From an uncultured Thermoproteales archaeon (lineage in GTDB: Archaea; Thermoproteota; Thermoprotei; Thermofilales; CAYSTQ01), in NCBI GenBank assembly GCA_964497915.1, contig CAZCFI010000002.1, positions 1-57,520 on the forward strand: a stretch of DNA of 57,520 bases, read 5' to 3'. The notes beneath the pieces are model-generated. The model was not told the DNA's origin, did no database searches, and saw nothing but the letters and a program-made list of their open reading frames with translations. The translations under genes were made by a program, and so were the position numbers. Positions 53,888 through 57,520 of the stretch are shown here, piece after piece (the first letter of the stretch is position 1; every line of letters begins with the position of its first letter).

Positions 53888-53976
53888 GCCACCCAGCCTC
53901 TTAGTAAAAACTAAATCCGTGTGCAATATTAATGTATAGGTCAGGAGCCCGTAGCTGCTAGCCGCTGGGACCGCTG

Positions 53977-54366
53977 ATGGGGATCCCCCGCAGGCTCGGG
54001 TACGTCAGCCTCAGGGACGCCCTCAGGGACTTCCTGAGGGAGCAGGGCCTCACCATAGACGACGTGCTAGACGCCATGGACGAGACCCCAGAGCTACTTG
54101 AGCAGAGCATACTGAGGAGGGTCGAGATCTCGCCTGAGGACCTGAGGAAGCTGGAGAGCGCTTACACCACCAGGCAGCTGAACCTGCTGGTGTTCGTCAT
54201 CCAGGTCTTCTACCTAGCCAACGTGAGCGGCCTGTACAAGAACAGGCTCATAGTGCCCCTTAGGGACGAGGTCGTCGGGCCCAGCGGCAAGGTCACCAGA
54301 GAGGGGCTAGTCAAGATCATCAGGAGCCTAGGCCTGAAGCCGCGGTTCGTCGGCGTCTACGTGTGA
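53977..54366 (+). CDS. Hypothetical protein
   Basis: 129-aa ORF with an AT-rich box upstream (53926..53940). No family recognised. Confidence 0.5.
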   Translation: MGIPRRLGYVSLRDALRDFLREQGLTIDDVLDAMDETPELLEQSILRRVEISPEDLRKLESAYTTRQLNLLVFVIQVFYLANVSGLYKNRLIVPLRDEVVGPSGKVTREGLVKIIRSLGLKPRFVGVYV

Positions 54367-54368
54367 CC

Positions 54369-56585
<2,217 letters not shown>

Positions 56586-56596
56586 CTACCTTGAGT

Positions 56597-57520
56597 TCAC
56601 CTCGCAATGATCTCGACCACATCCCCGTCCTCGAGCACGAAGTCCTTGCCGACCCTCTGCGGGCTAACCCTGAAGCTCTTCCTCCACACCCTGGCGTACC
56701 TGAAGCCCTCGAGGAGCTGGCTGTGCACTAGCCGGGCGACATCTGCTACAGTCGCCCCCCTCCCCAGCACTATCGGCCTCTCCGCAACCTCCTTAGTGGA
56801 GGGGTCCCTCGTGTACACCCTTATCAGGCCGAGCGTGCGGATGAGGGTCCTGCCTAGCTCCTCGGCGAACCCCTCGGCTCTGAACGCTAGGACTGGCAGG
56901 TCGCCAGCGACCTTCCTTACCTCCTCGACCGCCCCCCGCCCGCCGAGCTCGACCTTGTTCACCACTACGACGGCTGGCTTGTACACCTTAGCCCCGTGAA
57001 TGGCCTCCTCAATGTCGTCTAGCGTGGCCCTGCCCTCGATCCTCACTAGGGCGTGGCGCAGGCCGTAGCTGCTTAGCAGCTCGACGACGTCCCTGTAGGC
57101 GCAGCCGTCCAGCTCGCCGACCACCGTGACGCCCCCCTCGCCCCTCCTCTCCACCGTGACCAGGCACTTAGGCCTCCTGATGAGGACCCCTGACTTGCCA
57201 AGCTCGCCCTCCAAAACCCTTAGCTGATAGGCTGGGTCGTAGGTCGCGTCTACCACGATCATGAGCGCGTCCGCGTTGCGGGCCATCGCCAGGGCCACGC
57301 CGCCCAGGCGCGCGCCGTCGGCGGAGCCCTCCACTATGGCGGGGGCCTCGACCAGCTGGAACTGAACCCCCTCGTACTCCATCATGCCAGCCACTGGCCT
57401 CTTGGTGGTGAAGGGCGCGTCGGATATGAGGGGCTTGGCATTAGTCAGCGCTGATAGTATCGTGCTCTTGCCCGAGTTGGGCAGCCCCAGCATCAGCACT
57501 TGAGCCGCCCCCTCCTTGCC
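56597..57520 (-). CDS. DRG-type GTPase with C-terminal TGS domain (5' end beyond window)
   Basis: LGLPNSGKSTILSALT...APFTTKRPVAGMMEY...VNKVE, C-terminal TGS-like ...GDVVEIIAR. The frame stays open to the window end, so the track start (GTG 57499) is internal. Confidence 0.9.
   Translation of the reverse strand, partial: GKEGAAQVLMLGLPNSGKSTILSALTNAKPLISDAPFTTKRPVAGMMEYEGVQFQLVEAPAIVEGSADGARLGGVALAMARNADALMIVVDATYDPAYQLRVLEGELGKSGVLIRRPKCLVTVERRGEGGVTVVGELDGCAYRDVVELLSSYGLRHALVRIEGRATLDDIEEAIHGAKVYKPAVVVVNKVELGGRGAVEEVRKVAGDLPVLAFRAEGFAEELGRTLIRTLGLIRVYTRDPSTKEVAERPIVLGRGATVADVARLVHSQLLEGFRYARVWRKSFRVSPQRVGKDFVLEDGDVVEIIAR

Overview
GC-rich archaeal chromosome segment. Gene content and order look crenarchaeal (Thermoproteota, Desulfurococcales/Pyrodictiaceae-like); this placement is inference from gene families only. 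The window is almost entirely core information-processing genes. Left to right: two tandem secreted proteins; the PIN/Rpo7/Spt4/DUF359/S24e/S27ae/Kae1/Bud32 block; ITPase, S15, a RecJ-like DHH protein, a Pcc1-like protein and S3Ae; then on the minus strand the 'exosome superoperon' (DHH, prefoldin beta, Pcc1, Brix, L37Ae, Rrp42/41/4, SBDS, proteasome alpha, RNase P Pop5/Rpp30, DUF54, L15e). Next come a redox cluster, tungsten-type AOR, malic enzyme and MDH, an Obg-like GTPase, an ECF transporter energising module and EF-2. Then Hel308, MPG glycosylase, GINS and MCM (MCM carries an intein), S28e/L7Ae/L24e, aIF5B, S6e, aIF2-gamma, TmcA, TruD, Pth2, Cdc48 and a DRG GTPase. By eye I found no tRNA, rRNA, CRISPR array, transposase or integrase. 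There is no obvious defence island or accessory island. The least explained parts are listed here. (1) A two-gene operon of paralogous coiled-coil proteins with SHOCT/CdvA-like helices, one carrying a 4-Cys head, plus flanking orphans beside cdc48. (2) The tandem secreted proteins at the left edge, which share a conserved post-signal strand. (3) Two conserved genes (spt4, hel308) whose conserved N-termini lie upstream of any ATG/GTG/TTG. (4) A 79-nt perfect intragenic repeat between the D1 and D2 ATPase domains of cdc48. (5) A multiply frameshifted M23-peptidase pseudogene. (6) A sigma-70-region-4-like HTH protein downstream of EF-2. All functional calls rest on my reading of the translated ORFs; no searches were run.
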